A stretch of 64,000 bases of DNA from Candidatus Aminicenantales bacterium (GTDB lineage Bacteria; Acidobacteriota; Aminicenantia; Aminicenantales; UBA4085), in assembly GCA_049697115.1 (NCBI GenBank), contig JBAVVD010000095.1, positions 15,797 through 79,796 on the forward strand. The letters are read 5' to 3'. Below are positions 36,137 to 44,514 of this stretch, in pieces. Made by a program: the position numbers and the translations under genes. The notes beneath the pieces are model-generated. The model saw only the letters and a list, made by a program, of their open reading frames with translations, ran no database searches and was not told the DNA's origin. Within the stretch, counting starts at the first letter, position 1, and each line of letters begins with the position of its first letter.

Positions 36137-38005
36137 ATGAGCAGTGATCATCCGAAAATCGACACACGGCCCGGAGGAGACGGCAGGGAGGCGACCCTTG
36201 GGAATAAAATCCGGGTTCTTGTCTGCGAAGGCACCGGATGTGTGTCTTCGAAATCGCCGGACATTCGAGCCGCTCTCGAAAAGGCCGTGCGTCAAATCGG
36301 CTTGAGTGAAAAGATTGAAGTGGGATTTACCGGCTGCCACGGCTTCTGCCAGATAGGCCCTATCGTGGTCGTCGAACCCGAGGGGATTTTCTATTGCAAA
36401 GTGAACCCCAGGGATGCCAAAGATATTGCCGAATCCCACCTCGTCGGCGGGGAACCGGTCAAACGCCTTTTTTACCGCCACCCGGTGACCAAAGAGAGTG
36501 TCCCTTATTATCGGGACATCATGTTCTATAAAAAACAGCAGCGAGTGATCCTGCGCAACTGCGGCAAGATCAACCCGGAAAAAATATCGGATTATGAAGC
36601 TCTGGGCGGTTATCAAGCGCTCCGAAAAGCCGTTCTCAAGATGGGCCCTGAACAGGTTATCGAAGAGGTTCGTCGTTCCGGCCTGCGCGGACGCGGCGGG
36701 GCCGGCTTCCCAACCGGAGTCAAATGGAATTTTTGCCGGAAGCAGCCCGGGGACATCAAGTATGTCATTTGCAATGCCGACGAAGGCGATCCTGGAGCCT
36801 TTATGGATCGCAGTATTCTTGAGGCCGATCCCCATACGGTAATTGAAGGGCTTATTATCCTTGGCTTTGCCATCAACGCCCGCCGGGGTTTTTTCTACTG
36901 CCGCGCGGAATACCCTTTGGCCGTCAAAAGGGTAGGCATCGCCCTTGAGCAGGCGCGCCATAAAGGCTTTCTGGGGAAAAACATCTTCGGATCGGGCTTC
37001 GATTTCGATGTCGAAATATTTGAAGGAGCCGGGGCGTTCGTCTGCGGAGAAGAAACCGCTCTGATCCGTTCCATCGAGGGTTCAAGGGGAATGCCGCGCA
37101 GCCGCCCGCCCTTTCCGGCCGAAAAAGGACTCTGGGGGAGGCCCACTGTCATCAACAACGTCAAGACTCTGGCTTCCGTCCCCGTCATTATCAATCAGGG
37201 AGCCGACTGGTTTGCATCCATCGGGACGGAAACCAGTAAAGGAACGGCCGTCTTTGCGCTGACGGGAAAGATCGCCAATTCCGGACTCGTCGAAGTGCCA
37301 ATGGGGGCTCCCCTGTCACACATCATTTACGATATCGGAGGAGGAATTCCTAATAAGAAAACCTTCAAAGCCGTCCAGACCGGCGGGCCGTCGGGAGGAT
37401 GTCTGCCGGCCACACAGCTCGAACTTCCGATTGATTTCGATTCCTTGCAGAAAGCGGGTTCGATGATGGGCTCCGGAGGTCTGGTTGTGATGGATGATGA
37501 TACGTGCATCGTGGATGTGGCGCGGTTCTTCCTCTCCTTCATCCAGAGCGAATCATGCGGCAAATGCGTCCCCTGCCGGATTGGCACTCGTCTTATGGTG
37601 GACATTTTGGAGAAAATCATGGCCGGAAAGGGAACGGAACAGGACCTGGTGCGACTTGAAAAGCTGGCTAACCTGGTGAAGTTCGGCTCACTCTGCGGCC
37701 TCGGACAGACCGCTCCCAATCCCGTCCTCACAGCGCTCCGATACTTCCGGTCCGAATTTATCGCCCATATCGTCGACAAACGATGCCCGGCGGCCGTCTG
37801 CCGCGAACTCGTCACGTTTCGCGTGATTCCAGAACGGTGCACGGGCTGTCAGTTGTGCGTTAAGGTCTGTCCGACGAAAGCCATTTCCGGACCCCGATCT
37901 CAACCGCATAATCTCGACCAGACCAAATGCATCAAATGCCGCGCGTGTTATGAAATTTGTCGGTTCGATGCCATCGCCGGCGAGGCCATCGTCATCGTAT
38001 CTTAG
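36137..38005 (+). CDS. NuoF/HndC-like NAD(P)H-binding flavoprotein subunit with N-terminal 2Fe-2S domain and C-terminal 2x[4Fe-4S]
   Basis: GLRGRGGAGFPTGVKW (FMN/NADH site), the 4Fe-4S N3-type CxxCxxC…C region, and C-terminal CTGCQLCVKVCP / CIKCRACYEICRF ferredoxin motifs. Confidence 0.85.
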   Translation: MSSDHPKIDTRPGGDGREATLGNKIRVLVCEGTGCVSSKSPDIRAALEKAVRQIGLSEKIEVGFTGCHGFCQIGPIVVVEPEGIFYCKVNPRDAKDIAESHLVGGEPVKRLFYRHPVTKESVPYYRDIMFYKKQQRVILRNCGKINPEKISDYEALGGYQALRKAVLKMGPEQVIEEVRRSGLRGRGGAGFPTGVKWNFCRKQPGDIKYVICNADEGDPGAFMDRSILEADPHTVIEGLIILGFAINARRGFFYCRAEYPLAVKRVGIALEQARHKGFLGKNIFGSGFDFDVEIFEGAGAFVCGEETALIRSIEGSRGMPRSRPPFPAEKGLWGRPTVINNVKTLASVPVIINQGADWFASIGTETSKGTAVFALTGKIANSGLVEVPMGAPLSHIIYDIGGGIPNKKTFKAVQTGGPSGGCLPATQLELPIDFDSLQKAGSMMGSGGLVVMDDDTCIVDVARFFLSFIQSESCGKCVPCRIGTRLMVDILEKIMAGKGTEQDLVRLEKLANLVKFGSLCGLGQTAPNPVLTALRYFRSEFIAHIVDKRCPAAVCRELVTFRVIPERCTGCQLCVKVCPTKAISGPRSQPHNLDQTKCIKCRACYEICRFDAIAGEAIVIVS

Positions 38006-38035
38006 GACAGGCAACAAAGAATCTTACTTTATTTA

Positions 38036-38193
38036 TTGAGTGAGAAAAGAGCTTCAGTCGAAGAAATCAGACAGAAGCTCAAATTGGTGAGAAGAACAGT
38101 TCGGCGCGATCTATCAAGATTATGTGATTTAGGCCTATCAAAAGAGATAGTTAAGAGCAAAACAGATCCGACAAAATCTTACGAGTTAGTGTG
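38036..38193 (+). CDS. Possible mini winged-HTH protein (DeoR-like helix-turn-helix only, about 52 aa, TTG start)
   Basis: Translation LSEKRASVEEIRQKLKLVRRTVRRDLSRLCDLGLSKEIVKSK… resembles the DeoR N-terminal HTH (…TVRRDL…L…GL). Below the track length cutoff; no ATG. Confidence 0.2.
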
Positions 38194-38245
38194 ACATTTT
38201 ATTGTGACAACACTGCGACATATATTGTGACAGGTTACTGTGACA
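38190..38245. repeat. Array of five direct heptamer repeats TGTGACA (one TGCGACA) spaced 11-13 bp
   Basis: Copies at about 38190, 38203, 38214, 38226 and 38239. Starts at the stop codon of the mini-HTH ORF, about 125 bp from the 3' end of tRNA-Asn. Confidence 0.6.
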
Positions 38246-38370
38246 CAATATGAACCAGGGAGTTCCTGCGGGACGGTTGTTGGATGGGGAGCGAGTTCTC
38301 CGAGCGGAAAAGGGCGAGGCAGACGAGCGAACATGCGCCTCTTTTATGTGTTTGAAAAAATTATTCAGAA

Positions 38371-38446
38371 TGGCTCCTCGGGCAGGACTCGAACCTGCAA
38401 CCTATTGGTTAACAGCCAACCGCTCTGCCAATTGAGCTACCGAGGA
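38371..38446 (-). tRNA. tRNA-Asn (anticodon GTT), CCA encoded
   Basis: Reverse complement folds as a canonical cloverleaf: acceptor TCCTCGG/CCGAGGA, D-arm GCTC-AATTGGCA-GAGC, anticodon stem GTTGG/CCAAT with loop CTGTTAA, T-arm GCAGG-TTCGAGT-CCTGC, discriminator G, then CCA. Very close to E. coli tRNA-Asn. Confidence 0.85.
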
Positions 38447-38553
38447 GCAAATCGGTCTCAATTTAGCATGATTCAAAAAAAATATCAATAGAACCGCATT
38501 GACCGGCGGTTCTCCGGCTCTCGGGTAAAAAAAGAAAAAATGTCTTTTAAGAA

Positions 38554-39066
38554 TTAAAGATCTGGGGAAATCTTTTTAAGAAAAGGGAGGGACTCAGGAA
38601 AGAGGTCTTCCAGGCCGATTTCTTCCCACTCCCCATAAAAAATCCGCCAGCGGGCATCCGTTTTTCGCAATTTCAGCCGGAAACGATAAAAACTTCCCGC
38701 CAGGCGGACAAGCTTCCGGAAGATTTCCGCCCCGCCTGAAGACAAAACCACTTCTGTCCGGATGGATGCCTCGAAATCCTGGAGATCGTCGAATCTGGTG
38801 CTCAGAATATGGATGACGATACCCCTATAATCCCTGAAATAACTTTGAATCAGATCTTCTGTCTCTCCCCTGCCCCGGCCTTCGAAATCCGTATAGTCTT
38901 CTTCCACAAGCTCCATGAGACCTGAAACATTTTTCTTGGCTGCAAGGTCCTCTACTTGATCCATCATCTCCAGAATCAAATCCCGGTCTGTTTTCCGGCT
39001 GCAGGAACAGATGAAAAAAGCAGGAAGAACGACCAGGAAAATGAAATAATAAAAATTATTCTTCAT
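38554..39066 (-). CDS. Hypothetical lipoprotein
   Basis: MKNNFYYFIFLVVLPAFFICSCS signal with a lipobox-like Cys. No family motif recognised. Confidence 0.4.
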   Translation of the reverse strand: MKNNFYYFIFLVVLPAFFICSCSRKTDRDLILEMMDQVEDLAAKKNVSGLMELVEEDYTDFEGRGRGETEDLIQSYFRDYRGIVIHILSTRFDDLQDFEASIRTEVVLSSGGAEIFRKLVRLAGSFYRFRLKLRKTDARWRIFYGEWEEIGLEDLFPESLPFLKKISPDL

Positions 39067-39157
39067 TCTACAGGATAAAATTATAAACAAAAAATGACAT
39101 TTGACCAGGATTTTTTTGTTATACTATAAAATTAGGTTATGCCGGATGAAATAAACC

Positions 39158-40948
39158 ATGGCGACACCGCTTGAAAAATGGGTCGAAGAACAGGCCCGTC
39201 TCCTTCAGCCAAAAAGAATATACTGGTGCGACGGTTCCGAAGGTGAAGCCCGCCGGATGATCGAAATGGGATTGAAAGAAGAAGGAATCGGGGAGTACGG
39301 CATTTTCCATGAGCTCAACCATAAATCCTGGCCCAAATCCTATCTCCATCGCAGCCATCCCACGGATGTCGCCCGCACAGAACATCTCACCTTTGTCTGC
39401 CATCCGAACCGGGAGACCACAGGTCCCAACAACAACTGGATGGATCCACGGGAAGCCAAAGAGCTTCTGACAAAGCTCTCCACCGGCAGTATGAGCGGAA
39501 AAACAATGTACGTCCTCCCCTACATGATGGGCCATCCGGACTCTCCCTATGCCAAGGCCTGCGTCCAGTTGACAGATATTTCCTATGTGGCTGTGAGCAT
39601 GAGAATCATGACCCGGATGGGCAAAAATATCACGAAAAAAATCGGAAGCCGGGAAGATTTCGTTAAAGGCATTCATTCGGTCGGAAATTTCGATCCCAAC
39701 AAGCGCTTCATCATGCATTTTCCCGAGGACAGCCTTGTCTGGAGCATCGGCTCCGGCTATGGCGGGAACGCCCTGTTGGGAAAGAAGTGCTTTTCTCTGC
39801 GGATCGCCTCATGTCTGGGACTCAAACAGGGCTGGCTGGCCGAACACATGGTTATCATGGGCATCGAGGATGTGAAGGGAAATGTTACCTATGTCACGGC
39901 GTCCATGCCTTCGGCCTGCGGCAAGACAAACCTAGCCATGCTGGAATCGGCCCTTCCCGAATACAAGGTCTGGACGGTCGGCGATGATATTGCCTGGCTC
40001 AACATCGGTCCGGACGGCCGCCTGTATGCCATCAATCCGGAAGCCGGTTTCTTCGGGGTGGCTCCGGGGACATCGATGCAGACAAATCCCAATATGATAA
40101 GGACATTGAGGGCCTCGAATTTTTATCCCACGCTATTCACCAACACGGCCCTGGATCTGGATACAAATGAGCCGTGGTGGGAAGGGCTGGATGGCTCCCT
40201 GCCCATGAATCTTCTGGACTGGCAGGGCCGGCCGTGGGACAGCACTCTCAACACCAGGGCGGCACACCCGAACTCCCGTTTCACGGTCTCCCTGTATAAT
40301 TGCCCCACGCTCTCCAAAGAGTTTGACAATCCCCAAGGCGTTCCCATCTCCGCCATCATTCTCGGCGGACGCCGGTCCAGACTCATTCCTCTGGTCACAG
40401 AGGCCTTCCATTGGGACCATGGAGTATTTATGGGCGCAAGGACGGGCTCAGAGACAACGGCTGCGGCGGCAGGCAAGACTGGCGTTCTACGCCGAGATCC
40501 GATGGCCATGATTCCGTTCTGCGGCTACAATATGGGAGATTATTTCCGCCACTGGATCAACATGGGCAGGCTGCTTACACGCCCGCCGAGGATTTACACC
40601 TGGAATGCCTTCAGGGTTAATGAAGAAGGAAAATATCTCTGGCCGGGATTTGGCGAAAACATCCGGATCTTGAAGTGGATTATGGACAGAGTAAACGGCC
40701 GTGCCGGTGCCCAGGAAACCCCTTTAGGACTGATTCCGGACCTCAAAGATTTTAACGTGGACGGTCTGAGCATCCCAAAAGAGAACCTAAAAAATTTATT
40801 CGAGGTCAATCCTTCGGAGTGGCATGAAGAACTGAAGGAAATAAAAAATTTTCTGGGCCAATTCGGACGGCATCTTCCCTATGAAGTCCGGGATGAGTTC
40901 CACAGGCTTGCCCAGCGCCTGGCTCCAGAAAAGAATCTTTCCCTCTAA
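39158..40948 (+). CDS. pckG: Phosphoenolpyruvate carboxykinase (GTP)
   Basis: Full-length match to the GTP-PEPCK family, including the kinase-1a P-loop SACGKTNLAML and many family-specific blocks. Confidence 0.9.
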   Translation: MATPLEKWVEEQARLLQPKRIYWCDGSEGEARRMIEMGLKEEGIGEYGIFHELNHKSWPKSYLHRSHPTDVARTEHLTFVCHPNRETTGPNNNWMDPREAKELLTKLSTGSMSGKTMYVLPYMMGHPDSPYAKACVQLTDISYVAVSMRIMTRMGKNITKKIGSREDFVKGIHSVGNFDPNKRFIMHFPEDSLVWSIGSGYGGNALLGKKCFSLRIASCLGLKQGWLAEHMVIMGIEDVKGNVTYVTASMPSACGKTNLAMLESALPEYKVWTVGDDIAWLNIGPDGRLYAINPEAGFFGVAPGTSMQTNPNMIRTLRASNFYPTLFTNTALDLDTNEPWWEGLDGSLPMNLLDWQGRPWDSTLNTRAAHPNSRFTVSLYNCPTLSKEFDNPQGVPISAIILGGRRSRLIPLVTEAFHWDHGVFMGARTGSETTAAAAGKTGVLRRDPMAMIPFCGYNMGDYFRHWINMGRLLTRPPRIYTWNAFRVNEEGKYLWPGFGENIRILKWIMDRVNGRAGAQETPLGLIPDLKDFNVDGLSIPKENLKNLFEVNPSEWHEELKEIKNFLGQFGRHLPYEVRDEFHRLAQRLAPEKNLSL

Positions 40949-41178
40949 CATTCAATATGATCCAATTTTCTTAATATTCTCATAATTCTCTTCTACAGTT
41001 GATGTATGAGTACTAGTAAAGCAAAATACACAAGTATGAGAATCTTTCAATAACAAGAAGTGAAACTTTTTATTGTTTTCTGCCTGGAGCCGAACGTTAA
41101 AGGATTGAAGCAAGCATAACTCATTGGGAATAGAGCATGAAATTACACTTAGTCCGAGAATAGGGAGCTTCGAGTTTG

Positions 41179-41952
41179 TTAAAACCTGTAGGAAGCTTGC
41201 TTGGCGACTTTTCGATAGTCTTCCCCCTGCATCTCGACGACCTTGCACATTTCATAGATTCGCGACCGCAACCGGATGCCGATCCGGTCCACGAGCGAGT
41301 CCTCACCTCTTTTGACAAAATCAGTCTTTTTGAAATACGTCTGCCTGGTATCCTCTTCTTCCTCACCTCTGTCCAGGTAATTGGAAGTAAAAATGGTCAG
41401 CTTCTTGTGATTGTAGCGGTGGTTGATGACGTAAGAAATCGTTTCTTCCACCCAGGCCGAGGACCTCTTGGCGCCGAGCTCGTCCAGCACCAGAACCGCG
41501 CTTTCAAAAATCGGGCTCAGCACATCCGATTCGGTGATCGCAGAATCCGGTGTGAAGGTGTTCTGGATGTCCCGGATGAGGTCACGGAAATCGTAAAAAA
41601 CACAGGGCACTTTCTTTTTCTGTATGAACTCACGGATGACGGCCACGGCCAGATGGGTCTTTCCCACTCCGCAGGGGCCAATAAAAAGAAGCCCGATTTC
41701 CTGTTCAGGAAAGTTGGCGATGAACTTCTTGGAAATCTTCAGCGCATCCCGATGAGAATCGTTGTGGACTTCAAAATTCATGAGAGAGCAGCTCTGGTAC
41801 CGTTTGGGAATGCCGGCCTTTTCCATGAGAATCTGGGCCTGCCTGTTGTGAAAGCACTGGCATCTTTTGGCCAGAGAACTTCCTCGGGCTTCCTCCAGAA
41901 TCCAGCCCGTCCCTTTACAGATGGAACATTCTTTCTCTGGCATCTTCTTCAA
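41179..41952 (-). CDS. DnaC/IstB-like AAA+ ATPase (helicase-loader-like) with N-terminal Cys4 zinc motif
   Basis: CSICKGTGW…CQCF zinc ribbon, Walker A GPCGVGKTHLA, Walker B VLVLDELG. Confidence 0.55.
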   Translation of the reverse strand: MKKMPEKECSICKGTGWILEEARGSSLAKRCQCFHNRQAQILMEKAGIPKRYQSCSLMNFEVHNDSHRDALKISKKFIANFPEQEIGLLFIGPCGVGKTHLAVAVIREFIQKKKVPCVFYDFRDLIRDIQNTFTPDSAITESDVLSPIFESAVLVLDELGAKRSSAWVEETISYVINHRYNHKKLTIFTSNYLDRGEEEEDTRQTYFKKTDFVKRGEDSLVDRIGIRLRSRIYEMCKVVEMQGEDYRKVAKQASYRF

Positions 41953-42038
41953 ACCTTTAAGGTCTCACCGGACTTTCCTTTTAAAACAGACGCAAACTGG
42001 TCTTCACGGTTCGCGCCCACCGTTTCGGCCGTCCGACA

Positions 42039-42881
42039 TCAGTTCAGATATCCTCTCAACTGCTGGAGCCTTCGAGATCGCGACAGCTTGCCCATGGCTT
42101 TCTGTTCGATCTGCCTGATCCGCTCTCTCGTCAGATGGAGCTGGTCGCCGATCTCCTGAAGGGTGCGCGGCTGGTCGTCATCCAGGCCGAATCTTAATTT
42201 TAACACAAGGGACTCTTTCTCATCCAATTCATCCAGCATTTCCCTGATCTGATGCTGGATGGAAGATTTGATGATCTGGTACTCGACTGAAGGAGAAATG
42301 GGGTCTGTAATCTTTTCCTCCATCTCCATATCGTCTTCATTATATTTATCGCTCAGGGAAATATTTTTTTCTTCAAGCATTTCCATATCTTCCACATCCT
42401 CCACAGAAATGCCCATGTTCCTGGCGATTTCCTCCCTTGTCGGCTCCCTCCCCAATTCTGCCTTCAGTTGAGCGATTTTTCGCTTCTTCTGCTGGATCTG
42501 GTCGGAGAGCTTCTGAGGGATATGATAGATGCGCGAGTATTGGGTTAGGGCATGAACGATGGCCTGCCGGATCCACCAGATGGCATAGGAGATGAATTTG
42601 ACATTCCGCGTGGGATCGAACCTTTTGGCGGCTTCAATCAGCCCCAGGTTTCCTTCATTGATCAGGTCGAGCATACTCATTCCCATTCCCTGGTATTTCT
42701 TGACAGCCGAGACGACAAAGCGCAGGTTGGACTCGATCATCTTCCTCAAGGAATCTTTGTCTCCCTTCTGGATGAGCTCACCAAGCTTCTTTTCCTCTTC
42801 TTCGGAATTGAGAGGAAACTGGGAGATTTCCTCCAGATAGTGCCTCAGGTTTTTGGACTCAAAATAATCCTTGTAGTTCAT
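42039..42881 (-). CDS. RNA polymerase sigma factor, sigma-70 family (RpoD/RpoS-like, no region 1.1)
   Basis: Region 2 IESNLRFVVSAVKKYQGMGMSMLDLINEGNLGLIEAAKRFDP, region 3, and region 4.2 LTRERIRQIEQKAMGKL. Confidence 0.8.
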   Translation of the reverse strand: MNYKDYFESKNLRHYLEEISQFPLNSEEEEKKLGELIQKGDKDSLRKMIESNLRFVVSAVKKYQGMGMSMLDLINEGNLGLIEAAKRFDPTRNVKFISYAIWWIRQAIVHALTQYSRIYHIPQKLSDQIQQKKRKIAQLKAELGREPTREEIARNMGISVEDVEDMEMLEEKNISLSDKYNEDDMEMEEKITDPISPSVEYQIIKSSIQHQIREMLDELDEKESLVLKLRFGLDDDQPRTLQEIGDQLHLTRERIRQIEQKAMGKLSRSRRLQQLRGYLN

Positions 42882-42884
42882 CGT

Positions 42885-43295
42885 TCATTCTGCTTTTTCA
42901 ATTTTCACGATTTTGGAAGGAGCGATGGGAACAAGGCTGTCTTTTTTGACCTCGAATTCCTCTTCGCGCCCCTTGAAGAATTCTTTTCGGATGTATTCCA
43001 AAAACTCATTCACTCCGGCCTCCATCTGCTCCATCTTTTTCCTCATGTTCAGAATGACTTCAACGCCGGCCAGATTGACTCCCAGATCGCGGACAAGATT
43101 AAGTATCAATTCCAACTGTCTGAGGTCCTCATCCGTATACAGCCGCGTATTCCCTTCACTCCGGGAGGGTTTGAGAAGGCCTTCTCTTTCATAAAGCCTG
43201 ATCGTCTGGGGATGAATGTTGTACTTCCGGGACACACTGCTGATATGGTAGTAAGTTTTGGTCTCTTTCTGTTTCGCTTCTCTGGATTTTCTCAT
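42885..43295 (-). CDS. hspR: MerR-family heat-shock repressor HspR
   Basis: MerR HTH YYHISSVSRKYNIHPQTIRLYEREGLL. Lies immediately downstream of dnaJ in the dnaK operon. Confidence 0.7.
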   Translation of the reverse strand: MRKSREAKQKETKTYYHISSVSRKYNIHPQTIRLYEREGLLKPSRSEGNTRLYTDEDLRQLELILNLVRDLGVNLAGVEVILNMRKKMEQMEAGVNEFLEYIRKEFFKGREEEFEVKKDSLVPIAPSKIVKIEKAE

Positions 43296-43296
43296 G

Positions 43297-44403
43297 TCAA
43301 TGCTCCATCATCTTGTCACGGGGATTCTCGCCCGCAATTTTCTCCAGCTCCTTCATCAGCTCCCTCACTCTCTGGTCATGGAATGGGGGAGGAACAATTG
43401 TCACTTCAATAAACTCATCTCCCCGAACACGCTTCCCGGGATGCGGAACGCCCTGTTCTCGCAGTCTGAATTTCTGTCCGGATTTTGTCCCGGGAGGGAT
43501 TCGGATCGTCGTCCTTCCGTCCAGTGTAGGGACTTCAATTTTGCCGCCCAGAGTGGCCTCGGAGACGGTGATAGGGACTTTCACATAGAGGTTCGAACCT
43601 TCTCTCCGGAAAAGCGAATGGGGTGTGACTTCGATGGTAATGTAGAGGTCCCCCGGAGGGCCTCCATTCATTCCGGCATTTCCTTTTTCAGGAATTCGGA
43701 CTCTGGAGCTCGTGTCCACTCCGGCGGGAATCCTGACATTGATCAATTCCGTCTTTTGGACCAGGCCTTGCCCTCGGCAATTTGCACAGCCTTCCCCGCG
43801 CACAACACCGCTTCCACCGCAGGTGGGACAGGTCGATGAAAATTTCATAAAACCTCTCTGCAGGAAAGAACGTCCGCTTCCGCCGCATGAAGAACAAACC
43901 CGCTGTCCTCCCTTCTGTGATGCGCCCGACCCCTGACATTCTGAACAACTCACCATCCGAATGAGCCGGATTTTCGTCTGCAGTCCGTGAACGGCATCCT
44001 CAAAGCCCACTTTCATTGTATAAATCAGGTCTTCGCCTTTCTCGGGCCTTGGCGGCGTCGGCTTTGACCGGCCGCCAAAGAGGTCATTAAAAAAATCTCC
44101 GAAAGAAGACGTCCCAAAATCAGAGAAATCAAAGCCCTCAAATCCGGAGGCCTGGGGTCTCGGGTCTCTGGCTCCTGGAGGAAAGTCTCCAATAAAGCCA
44201 AACTGGTCATACTGGCTTCTTTTTTTTGGATCGCTGAGGACGGAATAGGCTTCCTGAATTTCTTTAAATTTTGCCTCTGCGGCCTTGTCTCCCGGATTCA
44301 AGTCAGGGTGGTACTTCCGGGCAAGCTTCCGATAAGCTTTTTTTATTTCCACAACCGAAGCTTTTCGGTCTACTCCAAGGATTTTATAATAATCCTTCTC
44401 CAT
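43297..44403 (-). CDS. dnaJ: Molecular chaperone DnaJ
   Basis: J-domain with HPD (KYHPDLNP), a Gly/Phe-rich linker and four CxxCxGxG zinc-finger repeats. Confidence 0.9.
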   Translation of the reverse strand: MEKDYYKILGVDRKASVVEIKKAYRKLARKYHPDLNPGDKAAEAKFKEIQEAYSVLSDPKKRSQYDQFGFIGDFPPGARDPRPQASGFEGFDFSDFGTSSFGDFFNDLFGGRSKPTPPRPEKGEDLIYTMKVGFEDAVHGLQTKIRLIRMVSCSECQGSGASQKGGQRVCSSCGGSGRSFLQRGFMKFSSTCPTCGGSGVVRGEGCANCRGQGLVQKTELINVRIPAGVDTSSRVRIPEKGNAGMNGGPPGDLYITIEVTPHSLFRREGSNLYVKVPITVSEATLGGKIEVPTLDGRTTIRIPPGTKSGQKFRLREQGVPHPGKRVRGDEFIEVTIVPPPFHDQRVRELMKELEKIAGENPRDKMMEH

Positions 44404-44514
44404 CCTGTCTCCTTGCTCCCCTGGGGAAGAAACTGGAAAAATCGGTTTCCTTTATATTCTCGTTTCCCGCTCTTTCTGAGGAGAGGCGAAACTTTACAGT
44501 CGATTTTATAATAT

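Noticed and set aside
38190-38245. TGTGACA array as a CRISPR array
   Set aside because: Repeats are only 7 bp with 4-6-bp spacers and there are five copies. No cas genes. It fits a protein-binding direct-repeat array instead.
38240-38491. Plus-strand ORFs 38240-38491 and 38250-38435
   Set aside because: They overlap the tRNA-Asn gene on the opposite strand and have no RBS or family signal.
40975-41045. 9-bp inverted repeat ATTCTCATA…TATGAGAAT between convergent pckG and the dnaC-like gene as a bidirectional terminator
   Set aside because: AT-rich, with a 53-nt loop and no flanking U-tract. It cannot be distinguished from chance.
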